Positions 1 to 12,099 of a stretch of 64,000 bases of DNA are shown here, piece after piece. Numbering within the stretch: position 1 is the stretch's first letter; each line of letters starts with the position of its first letter. Position numbers and translations under genes: made by a program. The notes under the pieces are model-generated. The model saw only the letters and a program-made list of their open reading frames with translations, did no database searches and was not told the DNA's origin. Origin of the DNA: Epiperipatus broadwayi (lineage: Eukaryota; Animalia; Onychophora); assembly GCA_028023455.1 (NCBI GenBank), contig JAQFVV010000004.1, positions 6,572,001 through 6,636,000 of the forward strand. The letters are read 5' to 3'.

Positions 1-1473
1 AGACGTGAAATAAATATTGAAATAAACAAGCATTATCTATCAGAAGAAATGTTAGTTTTTTTAAAAAAAATAATCCTAAAATAATGCTGCCTTTAAAATA
101 TAAATTATCATTTAATAATTAAGAATTAATAGTAAGCGCAATAACATCACACAGCGATACGTATGTTGAATTACTAAATATATATTTAAATAAGACACAG
201 ATGGAATAAAAAGTAACAAAATATATACAAATTTAGTTTTGACTAATAACAGCTGCTCAGATCTTTGTTTGACTTTGAAATAAAATGACATTAATGATTG
301 ATTTTAGATGAAAAGAAGTAATACATAAAAAAGGAAAATAAAAGTTTAAATAAAATCAGATTTATAATAAAAACTGTTCAACCATATAGTCGAAAATGAA
401 ATGGGGGAAAGGGCTAAATTAAGATAACTCAATTCAAGCGCTTAAAATCTTTAGCGCAAATGTGTTATTGTTTTTAATCTTTTAAATAAAATATGAGAAT
501 GTATTCTATATAGAAAAACAATCCTTCTTAAGGCCATTTTTAAAATTTGAAACACAACAATGATTGAAGGGAAAGAATAACAATAGTAGGTTGCATGTAA
601 GAACAAAAAGAGAAAACGATTACAAAATGCCAATGCTATATGATGTGTATAATATTTATAATGAATGTATGTAGTCAGGTGACTGTTTACAAATTTCGGG
701 TAATGATAGAAGATTTCATATAGCTGAATAAATGTCAAGTGATACAAGGATTTTACAAAATAGTAGTTATTATTTGCGTATGATGGAATTAAAAATAAAA
801 TGTTACCTTAGAAATCACAAGATGAATATGGTAAAAGATGCAGTTCTAATATTTAGAAATGCTCTTTTTTCAGATTATTAATAAGTTTATTTAGAGATGG
901 ACTGTGTTCTGTTTCTTATGATGTTTCCATATGTTTGTAGTTCTGGGCAGTGAAATAAGAAATGATCAATGGATGCATCATCTCTGCCATGTATTGAACA
1001 TGTGGCATCAATATAAAAGTCTCATTCCAGCCAAAAAAGTTGAATGGGATAGGCATGAATATTGAGTGTTGTCAAAAAGTTATGTTCTCAAACCAGTGTT
1101 TGAACTTTTTAATAAATTGGTTAATTGCTGAATTTAAGTATTAAGTGAAAACCATTTTTGACTTACTGCTAATATGAAAACTTGTATAATGAAGCCACAA
1201 TATATACTCTATCAATATACATTACTTCAGTTATACACTATGTAAAAAAAAAATAAGCAAACAAAAATAAAAGCAATTGTTCAATAAGACAACAGCTATT
1301 TTACTGTCTCAGAGTGCTGAAAATGATTACATTTGTTAATAATATTTATTCAGGATATAAGAAAGTATGTTTGTGATTCTTTTTTTTTTATTTCTGAATT
1401 TTGATATGATATAATACCTTATGTAATAAAATGTTTTCCAAGTGTAAAGTTAACAAAAAAATCAAGTCAGATG

Positions 1474-1590
1474 TCACATGACCTAATTTTAATCTAATGC
1501 TTGAATATCCTAGCACCTCACTGATGACACCAGTAGCAGAAACCGGTCTGGGGTTGGGGATATTCTCAAAGCTTGTTAAGAGCATATTTT
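1474..1590 (+). mobile_element. HHR-bearing repeat, family C, copy C1 (short inverted 3' end piece joined to a sense arm)
   Basis: Shares CCTAGCACC, GGTTGGG and CAAAGCTTGTT with 47331-47485 and 48400-48690. 1474-1503 resembles the reverse complement of the C2 3' end. Confidence 0.65.
1516..1553 (+). ncRNA. Minimal type-I hammerhead ribozyme motif (family C)
   Basis: CCTCA-CTGATGA-caccagtagca-GAAA-CCGGT-C-TGGGG: canonical core, palindromic stem III ACCGGT, GUC cleavage site, 5-bp stem I with one GU pair; stem II decayed. Confidence 0.8.
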
Positions 1591-2665
1591 GCAAGCTCTA
1601 TATATAACAAATATAAAGTTAGAAGTTTTATGAAATTTAAAATAATTCGTATTTTTCTCAGATGATAAAAATGAAAAATAATGATTTAATAGTGGGGGTA
1701 AAAAGAATTGCAAAACATTATTCAATTGCATTCAAAAGCTTAAAGTTTGATTAGTTTAATTAAAAATTTAAAATGGATAATGGCAAATTGAGGTGATAAC
1801 TACATAAATTCTGAAATCTATATGGACTTGAAAACATCAAAACTATTAATTAGAGAAACTATAGTCAGGTGTTAACAAAAATTGTGAAAAAAATTTAAAA
1901 CTCCACTATTAATTTTATTTTTTAAAAAATAGATACACTAAAATAAGTTTTTTTTATTATTACTTATTTTTTGAGTGAATGTGAAAAAATGGACACACAA
2001 ATATGTATACGATTGTGCTCCTTCAATTTATTACAAATAACTATTATTTTAATTTTGTTTATGCGATAATCTTAATTTATATATGCATACTATATAAATA
2101 AAAGTGTTCAATATATATATGTATGCCTGTTGAAAAGTTCTGTACATTTACAGTTCAGTAAAATAAGATGTATTCTACTGGAATCAAAGCTTATCAATAA
2201 AACATTAGCTATTATGTGTGAGAAATGATGTCATAATAAAACAAAACAGATATCACAGCCCAATGTATTTGATAATGTGGAACACCAAAAACATAAGTAT
2301 TTATCTATTATCAGATAATATAAATAGATACTCCAGTTTGTAGAAAATCACATGATGAAAATTTTGTGACAATTGAACTGTTTGTTCATTTTCACTGTCT
2401 CAAAGAATACAGCCAATTATTTCAAAACAACATACACAATTAGTGTACTTTAACACTTTCACATATTAAAATTTTTTGAAGTAATCTACTTATTGATGTC
2501 TATCATTCATATGAACAGCACACACATATTCATAATTTTTTTCCACACAAAGAGATAGCTTATTACTGCTTTTCCATCAGCTACTTGAAATATCTTGCTA
2601 TGGGTGTAATGTACCTTTTGTTACTAATGTTAATAATATTTGTCTAAATCGCATGTTGTTAATAG

Positions 2666-3063
2666 ATTGGAAGTAATTGAAAGTTTGCTAGTCTTTCACA
2701 TGCACAATTGTCTCTCAGACAGCCAATCAGATTTTAAACAGCTGTCTTAAGAATGATCAGGCTTCGATACATGACAGAGATTTTGACAAGAAAAGGATGA
2801 TACCAATCTTTTCTCAACTTAACTTTTATATATATAAGCCAGTCTTAAGCATCTTGGCCTGAAAGCTTGAATATATAAACATATACACTTATCATATATA
2901 TAAAAGTTAAGTTGAGAAAAGGTTGGTATTATCCTTTTCTTGTCAAAATCTCTGTCATGTATCGAAGCCTGATCATTCTTAAGACAGCTGTTTAAAATCT
3001 GATTGGCTGTCTGAGAGACAATTGTGTATGTGGAAGACTAGCAAACTTTCAATTATTACCAAT
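2666..3063. repeat. Long inverted repeat (foldback or MITE-like), about 170-bp arms with a 58-bp spacer
   Basis: 2666-2835 is the near-perfect reverse complement of 2894-3063; no HHR core found. Confidence 0.9.
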
Positions 3064-4094
3064 GTTGAGTAATTTAGAACAGTTTTATCCACAATAATAA
3101 CACATTTAAAAAAAAAAACTACATCAATGCAATTCACTATAGATTTGATATTTACATAAGAATTGTAATCATAAGATGAAATCTAAACAGTTAAACATCC
3201 AGTATTAGTTAATAAATGGACATTATACTATTATTAATTTAAAATTGTTGTATTTCATTAACTTAAATATAATCTTTAAATTGATTAAACTTCAAATATG
3301 TCCATAATATTTTATGATAGAAGCATGTAACTTCCATTTTTAAGCATTCTTTTTTTTTTTTACTTATGTGCCATGCTTTTATATTTTCTAAAAATTATTT
3401 TTCTCAATATCTACAATTATATATTTGAGCAATGCAAATCATAATTTCTAAAAAAAGCACATTTGAAATATTAGATTTTAGAAATTAAGATAATCACTTT
3501 TATATATTTCTTTATATTCAACATTGAATATAAATGTCCATGTATAGCAATAGATATTTCCTATGATTTGTTGGTGTATTTCTACTATCTTCATCTTTCT
3601 TAGTTTCTCGTCATCATTAGTAGCAAATGTAATCATAAATGGCATAAAAATTTTGATACAAAAAAAAATGAACTAGTAATATACATATTTAACAGTAAAT
3701 CTATTGATGTAATCTCACACAAAATTGAATATAATACTAAAAAATATCAATGGATTTTATGCTCTAAAAAAACTTGTTTCATTATTGTGTGTGTGTTTTT
3801 TTAAATTATGCCTTTATTTTTCTATTTTAGCAAGTCTGTCAATGAAGTACGAGTAGAGAGAGATGTTATAAGTTATGAAAATATATATAAAAAACTAGTA
3901 TGCTATTTATTATTATTTTATTTTTAATGCACTTTAATAGCAAATATTAAAAGTTTTTTTTACCTGTAAAATATTTCTTCTCCCTGGATTATATTTAAAA
4001 GTATTATAAGCATTTCAATGGTAAACATATGTAATAATGGTAAAATTCTTTTCCTTAATAAATAAAAAACTATAATGCATAAGGATCCGGCTTG

Positions 4095-4361
4095 TCACCA
4101 TCTGGATTCAAGAAAACTGAAGCTTATTTGAGGAACAGTTACACAAATTGCTTTGTTTATGATATGGAAATAAATTCTACATTCTACTGAAATTATAATC
4201 GATTGAGCAATCAAAATTTGACATCTGCTTTTTGGAGGTCTATTGTCTTGTAATAAAGGAATAACTTTGCATGTGACTTTAAGCAAGATGATTATGGAAA
4301 TGAATAATAGTTTCCAATAGCTATTGCACACATAATACCTTATTAAAAGCCATGTGATCAA
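4095..4361 (-). pseudogene. Possible piggyBac-like transposase C-terminal remnant
   Basis: The ORF text CNSY...PPKSRCQI...VECRI...KAICV loosely resembles the piggyBac C-terminus and cysteine-rich domain; weak similarity judged by eye. Confidence 0.25.
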
Positions 4362-4845
4362 TTTCTAAAAAAAGACAGAAAAAGATTGGAAGTTAATTAT
4401 ACAATGGCAGAGCTCTAATCAAGACCAATAGAATAGTGACTTCATGGATTAAAAATATTATACTAGTCTTTTTTACAATAAATTGTAAAAAATTAAAGAA
4501 TGTGAGCACGAGAGTCAAATTGGAAAAATTATTAGGAACAAAAAGGCAATAAAAGTCAACGTTGCAAAGAAGAAAAGGTCCAAAGATGAATCACTTCATG
4601 TGTCTGACATATCATATATTTATTCAAAAACAGATCAAGAAAATCAGACAAGCAGCAACCTTGGTGTAAGTCATGATCTACAATAATATATAACAAAGAT
4701 GGTTTTATACTGCAGATCCTGCTTGTGCTGTTTTTTTAAACGCGACACGTGTTTTTCCATTTCAAAAAAATGGTCAAACTGATTTGCATTTACATTTGCA
4801 TATTTGTTATTTAATAACACTACGTAAAGATTTATTACGTTCGTC

Positions 4846-4884
4846 GGCCATGAATATGAGGGCAAACCTCGAAAGCGCTTGGCC
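4846..4884 (+). ncRNA. Variant hammerhead motif D1 (A3-U8 core)
   Basis: GGCC-ATGAATA-T-GAGG(gcaaa)CCTC-GAAA-GCGCT-T-GGCC: stems I and II pair perfectly; stem III is the palindrome AGCGCT. Confidence 0.7.
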
Positions 4885-5156
4885 CATTTAATAGTTTTAT
4901 GCGAAATGTGTTTTGTTTATTTGGAAGCTTCTTCGTCAGCGAGTAAATCGTTTTTAGGCTAAATAAAAGATAATAAAACTTCCTAAAAAAACATCATATA
5001 CAGATGTAACTAAAGCTAAAGCATAAGACTTGCACATAAATGAAAACTTGCCCAGGGGGTGGGATGGACTGAATAGACTCTTATTTAACAAATAATTTTA
5101 GACAAAAAAAAAGAGCCAACCTTTTTTGAATCTCCAATTTAGAAAGCTATAAAGTT

Positions 5157-5695
5157 TCATCAACTCCTGCCTTTCCTCACACAAGAACACCATCTCCAAT
5201 CTCCGAGGATCGATCAAAACAGGGGTCTTTGCAACTATCAGATTTTCAGTTTTCCTAATCTATGCATTCTGGCTGCTCCGTTGTTTTTGACCAGAGAGTA
5301 CACTCAGCGAATCAAAAACTATTGGACCTAACTCGCTCTCTCAAAACCAGAAATAGCAAACTAGCCCCACCTCCACTCCTCACAGACACCTGGGCAATCC
5401 TCCAACTCCCATCCTCTCAGTCTCTGTCACAGGACTCATCCAATTAAATGTTTGCGATCCATGTGATCACTCGCTCAACGAGGATGTGTGTCTCAGATTT
5501 GCAACCAAAGACTTTTCTTGGCCTGGACTACACACCCTTTCTATATCCCTTTCTCTTTTCATATGTATCCTTTCCTTTTCACCATGTTGCTCCTGAATTT
5601 CATTTTATCATGTAATCACTTCTTTATAAACCTTTTTTAAACTGTATTTGTATCTGTTTTCTTTTGATAAATAAACTTTCATCATTGAGAAAAAA
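5157..5695 (+). mobile_element. 5'-truncated L1/Tx1-like LINE 3' end
   Basis: YAFWLLRC-type ORF2 C-terminal remnant, AATAAA, A-tail, 14-bp TSD AAAGCTATAAAGTT (5143-5156 and 5696-5709); paralog at 25473-25814. Confidence 0.8.
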
Positions 5696-6111
5696 AAAGC
5701 TATAAAGTTGAGTTTAAAAAAGACTAATTCCCTTAATTAAATGTCCCTAGTGACGATTTTTTCAGACGCTCATTGCTAAGGTTTACAGCCTTGTTATTTA
5801 AAAATTATACCATACATTTCCATTAACTGATTTTTATGATCAGCGCTTAGGTTTAAATTACATTCGTTTAATAATTTCTTATAGTAACGTTACTCTGAAT
5901 CTTTATCTAACAAATCGGCAAAAATAAATTTTATAAAGGTCAAATGTATTTAAATGAGATTGTGAGATCTGATATTTTCCTTAAGTGAGATTATATAAGT
6001 AGATAGGTGCCACAGAATACAGATGCTATGTAAAATGATCAGCATTTCATAAAGCTAAAAGTTCTACCATGGAAGAAATAATTAAAAGTATAAAAATTCA
6101 GATACCCTAAA

Positions 6112-6198
6112 GGTGGTCGAGTGGTCAGCACAGCTGCCTTATGAGCAATTGTCCCGGCTTCGCTTCCCGGCCGATGTTTTGACATATGAAAAAAAAAA
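6112..6198 (+). mobile_element. tRNA-Gly-derived SINE (5'-clipped)
   Basis: A box TGGTCGAGTGG, B-box-like GCTTCGCTTCC, short GACATATG tail and poly(A). Confidence 0.85.
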
Positions 6199-8039
6199 TT
6201 GATTTCGAAATATCATTACATAAAAATAGCAGAAGGCAGAAAGAGTTACAATTACATGCAAACAACTTTTTTTTTATCCCTGTGAATGACAGAGATTTGT
6301 CATGTATTCAGCACATACTATCATTATAGAAAACAACAGTTGGATGGAATAGTTATTGATTACTAGACAAAACATCATAAAACGTTAAAAAAAATCAAAA
6401 CCAATTGTGCTTTAGATGAGTGGATTATATATTCTCAGAATGCAAGGTTTGCTTTAACTAAGGGCTTAACATAGCATGTGGAATGTTCAATGAAAGCACA
6501 ATTTATTTGTTTTTTTTATTTGGTATAAATAGATACTATACTAACATGTTAGATGACTGTTTAAGTTAAATGATCTACAAAATTATAATGGAAGGATATA
6601 GGCATGAATAAGATATATAATGGAAAAGCCGAGCTTGTCATATGGAGATTTTATAAGAGAGAAAGGGTGGAAACAATTGCAATTTTAAACAGTTGAATAG
6701 ATTAGTTCAGTATATTACCTGTTTTGAGATTAGTTTAGATGATATATAAGATTTTATTGATGTCAGGTCAGCATGGAAGTGATAAATGTTTTATCACAAT
6801 GGATTAAAATACTTTCTTGATTTTCAAATCTTTGGAAATTAGAGATTACAAATCAGAATAAAAAAAAAAAGTAGCTTAGATGGTCATCATTTTGATGGTA
6901 GTTTGGGGATGGTGGTAAGTATTCAGTACTCTAATGATAAAGGTACTTAATATTGAAATGTTTTTAAAATAAATCATTGTAGCCTAGAATTAAAATACTA
7001 TTTTCAAAGGAGCACCCCCCCCCCCCAACATTCTTCCATTAAAATACATTATTGTTTTAATATCTCAGGAAATTGCTATATACATTCAGATAATAAATAA
7101 AAGGTATTTTCATTTTAGGTAATGGAAAACCAAAAAATTCCCCATCTGTAGAAAGAATTTGTAAAAATTTCTTTACATCTTAGATTATACTTAGAAGTAT
7201 TTTTGATTTGCTTCAGTGATGATAGCATATGAGTGTTAATGAAAAAATTCTTTTCCTTTCTTTATTTTGATATATCATTTAAAAGCCTCTCTAATTACTT
7301 AGTGTCGGTTCATTATATGAATTCTGGTGGAATGCAGCCCATGTATGAATTACATAGATTTATTTGTGTTAGGATATGGAGATTAGTTCTACATTCTTTT
7401 GAAATTTTAATGATTTGAACAATTTTGCAAAAAGTCATTTCCCAAATACATTTGGTCTGTTAGAAACATCTGAGGATAGTTTCTGCAAGAAGTTATTGGC
7501 ATGTGATATTAGAATATACAACCATATATATTTACAATAATAGTCGATATCTATAATGCAATCAATTTACAACATAAGGTCACATGACTAACCTCTATGT
7601 GAGTGCCAAAAGAAGGAACTCATAGTAATAAGATTAGAATAAACTTGAGCCAGAACAGAATACTCTTGATTCTAAAGATTAAGAAAAGATGATACCTCTG
7701 CTATTGAGCCTTCTGGATGTGTTATGCCTTTTAACACGACAATTGATCAACGAATTAGAAAAAAGAATGTATAGAAGGGAGAATCATGAGACAAATTAAT
7801 TTTGTTGAACAAGTAGTAGTGACATATTTTTTTTTGTTTAAAATCATCATCTTGACAGACCAGCTATGCTGATATTTGGAGAAAGTAATGTTATGCTTAT
7901 ATGGACTTTACCAGTCTGTTTTTTGTTTGAGTGACATTGACAAAAGATTATTTGAATACATGGTGCACAAATTATATAAACTATTATTTCGGAATGATAA
8001 GAAATGAAATTCACAGTTCATAATCTACTTTAGGACTAA

Positions 8040-8532
8040 TATGTAGGGTATATGAGCACAGACTTTCAGATGACCCATCACTCTCCACTCTATCTAATAA
8101 CACAAATACACTGAAGCACATATATGCTGAAAAGATAAATAATCACCAATATATGTATTTCACGCTAAAACAGCAATCATCAATTGGTCCAGATTATCAT
8201 CTCCCACACATATATACTATAAGTGCTCAGATATATATTAAGATAGACAATCTTCATACTTTAATGGACAGGCTCCAATCTACTACACACTCCAACTATT
8301 CAATCATCCATCCAATTGAAAATATTATGATGAAATGCTCAAAGGCTACCCTGAGGCCAAGATTCTTGTCTCACCCATGTTGATCTAAAGTCAGCATATA
8401 TGTGCTTGAGTGTATCAGTGTTATTAGATAGAGTGGAGAGTGATGGGTCATCTGAAAGTCTGTGCTCATATACCCTATATATTACATATATTGACACAGG
8501 TATATAACAAGCCTGTGTTTCAGTTATTACAT
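8040..8532. mobile_element. HHR family A composite insertion A1 (divergent arms)
   Basis: Antisense arm 8040-8393 joined to sense arm 8391-8532 through TCA microhomology; 11-bp TSD TTTAGGACTAA (8029-8039 and 8533-8543). Confidence 0.9.
8146..8187 (-). ncRNA. Hammerhead motif, family A (C3>U, decayed)
   Basis: Reverse complement reads CCAA-TTGATGA-ttgctgttttagcgt-GAAA-TACATAT-A-TTGG. Confidence 0.7.
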
Positions 8533-9377
8533 TTTAGGACTAAATAAAAAAGGTAAAGTCTGCATTTTTAAAAATAATTATTTAAAATAATATCTCAATG
8601 GCATCTGAAATTTTTTTCATTCAATAGTAGAAATGTAACACATCTTTCAGCTATAATTATTTTTGGATTTTTTTTATTATAGAAGTCTAAGCTACCAATG
8701 TTTTACTCACTAATAATATACTGACAGTAGCCATTAAAAGAAAAAATCATATTTCCTTATTACATACTCTTCAGGATTAAAACATATAATCTAACTTCTT
8801 TTTATTATTACTAATGAGAACAATTTCAGCTAATATACATATACACAACATTTTATTAAAAAATACTTTTATTTAATTTTGATGAGTAATAAACTAGAAA
8901 CCAAAAAATACTTTTTTCCTCTTCAACCACAATTTTGGTTGTTAGATATAACTTGAAATAAAAGCAAGGTACACTCATAAATTAATTAATTCAATCAATC
9001 AATAGTTTTAAAAATGGTGATCAAATTAATTGATTATGGACACCCCATGCTTTTCTTTCAAGTTAAATATAACAATCAAAATTGTGATTAAACAAAAAAA
9101 AATTAATTTTTGGTTTTGAGTGCTCTGCTCACCAAATTAAATAAAAACAGTTTTTAAAAAATAATTTTTTATATATTACTTTGTAATGGACTTTTTACAA
9201 ATAGTAATATTCAAATTTAAAAATTGTAAATCTAAACAATGTCACTATACAGTATTTCGAATATCTGAAATGAAACTCATGCATTTTAAAAATTATTTAT
9301 AAGATTTCTATACAAAATTAACAAAGCGTATGACACACTTGAATGTGAAGCTATCACGATACACCGAAATTATTACA

Positions 9378-9418
9378 CGCTAAGCACTTTCGAGGCCTTT
9401 TGCCTCATATTCATAGCG
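9378..9418 (-). ncRNA. Variant hammerhead motif D2 (A3-U8 core)
   Basis: Reverse complement reads CGCT-ATGAATA-T-GAGGC(aaaag)GCCTC-GAAA-GTGCT-T-AGCG. Confidence 0.65.
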
Positions 9419-9479
9419 GTACTGTGAGCTGCAGAATGAAGAAACAATGCGTATTTCTTCGTTCTGCAGCTCACAGTAC

Positions 9480-9520
9480 CGCTATGAATATGAGGCAAAA
9501 GACCTCGAAAGCGCTTAGCG
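9480..9520 (+). ncRNA. Variant hammerhead motif D3 (A3-U8 core)
   Basis: CGCT-ATGAATA-T-GAGG(caaaaga)CCTC-GAAA-GCGCT-T-AGCG. Confidence 0.7.
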
Positions 9521-9946
9521 TGTAATAATTTCGGTGTATCGTGATAGCTTCACATTCAAGTGTGTCATACGCTTTGTTAATTTTGTATATTAAATTATCG
9601 AATGAGAAGTTTTAAAATCTTTAATATTTTATAAGATTTCTGTATTTATTAAGATTTTTTTTTTTTTAAAGCATTTAATTAAATAATTAAGAAAAATTAA
9701 AATTTCATCCTTCATTTCATTTTCAATCTATATTAATTAACTGTAATAGTCATGAAATTTGATGAAAGCATGTTTTTAAAAAATATACCACCATTTTCTA
9801 TTGTGTATCACCAACAACTTGTTGAACTGACATCAGGACGGCTTAAAATTTGGTCCTCCAACATTATTAAACAGGACAAATGATTGGACAACCCTGAAGT
9901 ATTGTGTTGTCATTGGTATATTTTATTCAACAAAAGTAAATTTAAA

Positions 9947-10053
9947 ATGTCAAGCCTTGGTGGCCGAGTGGTCAGCACAGATGCCTTACAAGCAGTTGCC
10001 CCGGGTTCGCTTCCCGGCAGATGCTTTGACACATGAAAAAAAAAAGAAAAAAA
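9947..10053 (+). mobile_element. tRNA-Gly-derived SINE (TAC at the anticodon position)
   Basis: A and B boxes, TTTGACACATG tail, poly(A), TSD AAAAGTAAATT (9932-9942 and 10054-10064). Confidence 0.9.
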
Positions 10054-12099
10054 AAAAGTAAATTAAAAATAGATTCTAACATTTGTTCTGAATAAACAAT
10101 TAACCAGAATTTCTAAGCATTTAAACAAAATTATTTAATTCTTTTCCATTAAGTTCTCGACTATTGGACCTAATAGTTATATTTTCTTATAACTTTTCAC
10201 TATTTGAAACTCAAACAAACATTGATAATTTCAGTTATCAGTCTTCTATTATGGTTTTAGTATTAATTACTGTAAAGATTAAAAGATTTCTAAAAAAATC
10301 TATATCTAAAAATAATTATATTATTAAGGCTTAAAAATTCGGTCTAAACATCAAATGTGGTATTTTTATTTTATGTATTTAAACTTAAATTATAAAGTTT
10401 GTATATTTAGTGAACTATTAGCTAACTATCAACATCTATATTTAATGGTAGTGCTATAACAATATTTGCTGCATGAGTTTTATATGTGCAATCTGTTTGG
10501 CATACTGCTAAATCACTTCCTGTCATCACTCTTGTATTGCCTCTGCTGTATCTTAATTAATAATAATCTTTCCCACAAATGCCATTTATTGAATGGCATT
10601 GTATTAACAAAAGATAAAGCTTTATCAAGCATTGTCACTATTCTGAAAAAGTCTTAGCTTATATATTGTACCATTCACGGTTGAATTTAGGCCTTTATTT
10701 TACACATTACAAAGTGTGAGTTAATCAAGCTATTGAAAAGAATCTTCCTTTCATGTATAAGTTTAGATATCTCAAGAACATAGCTATATTTCCTGATTAA
10801 CGGACTTACTATTTATTACAATTTGCATTGCTGGCAGAACTAGTTTTTTATTTATTTGAAAGGGCATCAGCATTATTAACCCACTAAATTTCACCACATG
10901 GCATCACATATTTTTGCGGTAAATAACTAGAGTAAGATCGTGATTTAGTTTTCTGGTCACTTAATATTTAATAATTTTCTCCAGCATTTGTAGATTAAAA
11001 CAAACATGTTAGCATAGGTAATTATCCATTTCTAAAAATAATTTTTTATGATAATAAAATCTAGCAAACTTAAAATTAATAACTTACAATGAAAGTTGTT
11101 ATTAAAGATAAATATTTTATTATACCGAATTATAATATTTAAAAGAGAATTATTAATAAGCTGGAAATAATGCATACATGCTAATTCAAATAATATTAAT
11201 TTAATAAAGAGTCCACCTTATACTTAAGTTTTTTCTAGGTGAATGTCTATTTTGGTAATAGAAGTTTCATAATTAAAGTTAATTTGCAAACTTTTAATTC
11301 AGTCACAAATTGAGTAAGAATAGATGGTAGCTTACTGGTAAATTTATGTAGATTCTTGTAGAATACATGTATTTCTTGAAATCCCGAGCTCAATGGAAGT
11401 TAATTGATTTCACTTGGTGGAATTTTTATTCCTGGTCCACTTTAAGACTGGATTCGAAGGCATTTTTGGAGTGATCTCTTCATGATGAAAGAAGTTTTCT
11501 GCAAACACTCCGGTTCCACTCCCATATAACTCAGTTCAGCATAGAGTAGTTCGGGATACTTTCTGCATCCCAGACCCATGGAAACTGCCAGCATAAGATA
11601 AAACAAGACTTAGCTGCTCAAAGTTATTTGGTTTGTATACTCACCAACAGTTTTTAGATTTCTGCACATCTTTTGTTTTATCATAAGACAAGTTTTGTAA
11701 TCTTGTACAATTATTATTATGTTTTAGTTACAAAGACTTTTTTTAATAGAATATTTCCACTATCCTTAATTAGCATAGCCTTTCTTTTATATATCTGAAT
11801 AAACAATCTGTATGCACTTACATTCTTTCCAATTTTAACTTTAATTCAATTAAATTGATAATATCAACTCAAATAACTTTCATTGTATATTTCCATGAAT
11901 AAATCATACTAACTAAAAAAAAAAAAAGAAAAACAAATTATGTCTTTTGAACAATTTTTACTTTTTTTTATTTTTTTTAGCTTTTTAAATATTACAAATG
12001 GCAAAACACTCATGAACTATACGTATTTGAATATGGTTCAATATTAAATTTTTAGAATACTATATTATAGTTGTATTTATATAATGAACTATTCCCATT

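Larger units (their letters stand above)
9310..9627. mobile_element. HHR family D composite insertion (136-bp near-perfect hairpin plus 38-bp extension)
   Basis: Arms 9309-9444 and 9454-9589 with a 9-nt loop; 14-bp TSD TTTATAAGATTTCT (9296-9309 and 9628-9641); CpG-rich, so probably young. Confidence 0.85.

Noticed and set aside
900-1100. Possible mariner-like remnant (TLNIHAYPIQL on the minus strand)
   Set aside because: A single short motif, with no DDE/D residues or TIRs found.
4489-4687. Open frame of about 65 codons ending near a GTAAGT donor-like site
   Set aside because: No convincing acceptor, partner exon or recognisable protein.
4900-4950. CTGACGA on the minus strand next to D1 as a second HHR
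   Set aside because: No GAAA, stem III or stem I follows.
9309-9589. TA-flanked Stowaway/Tc1 MITE
   Set aside because: The 14-bp TSD outside the hairpin and the unequal arms fit a retro-insertion better.
9954-10025. Functional tRNA-Val(TAC) or a codon-reassigning tRNA
   Set aside because: The acceptor stem is mispaired, and the element has a SINE tail, poly(A) and TSD.
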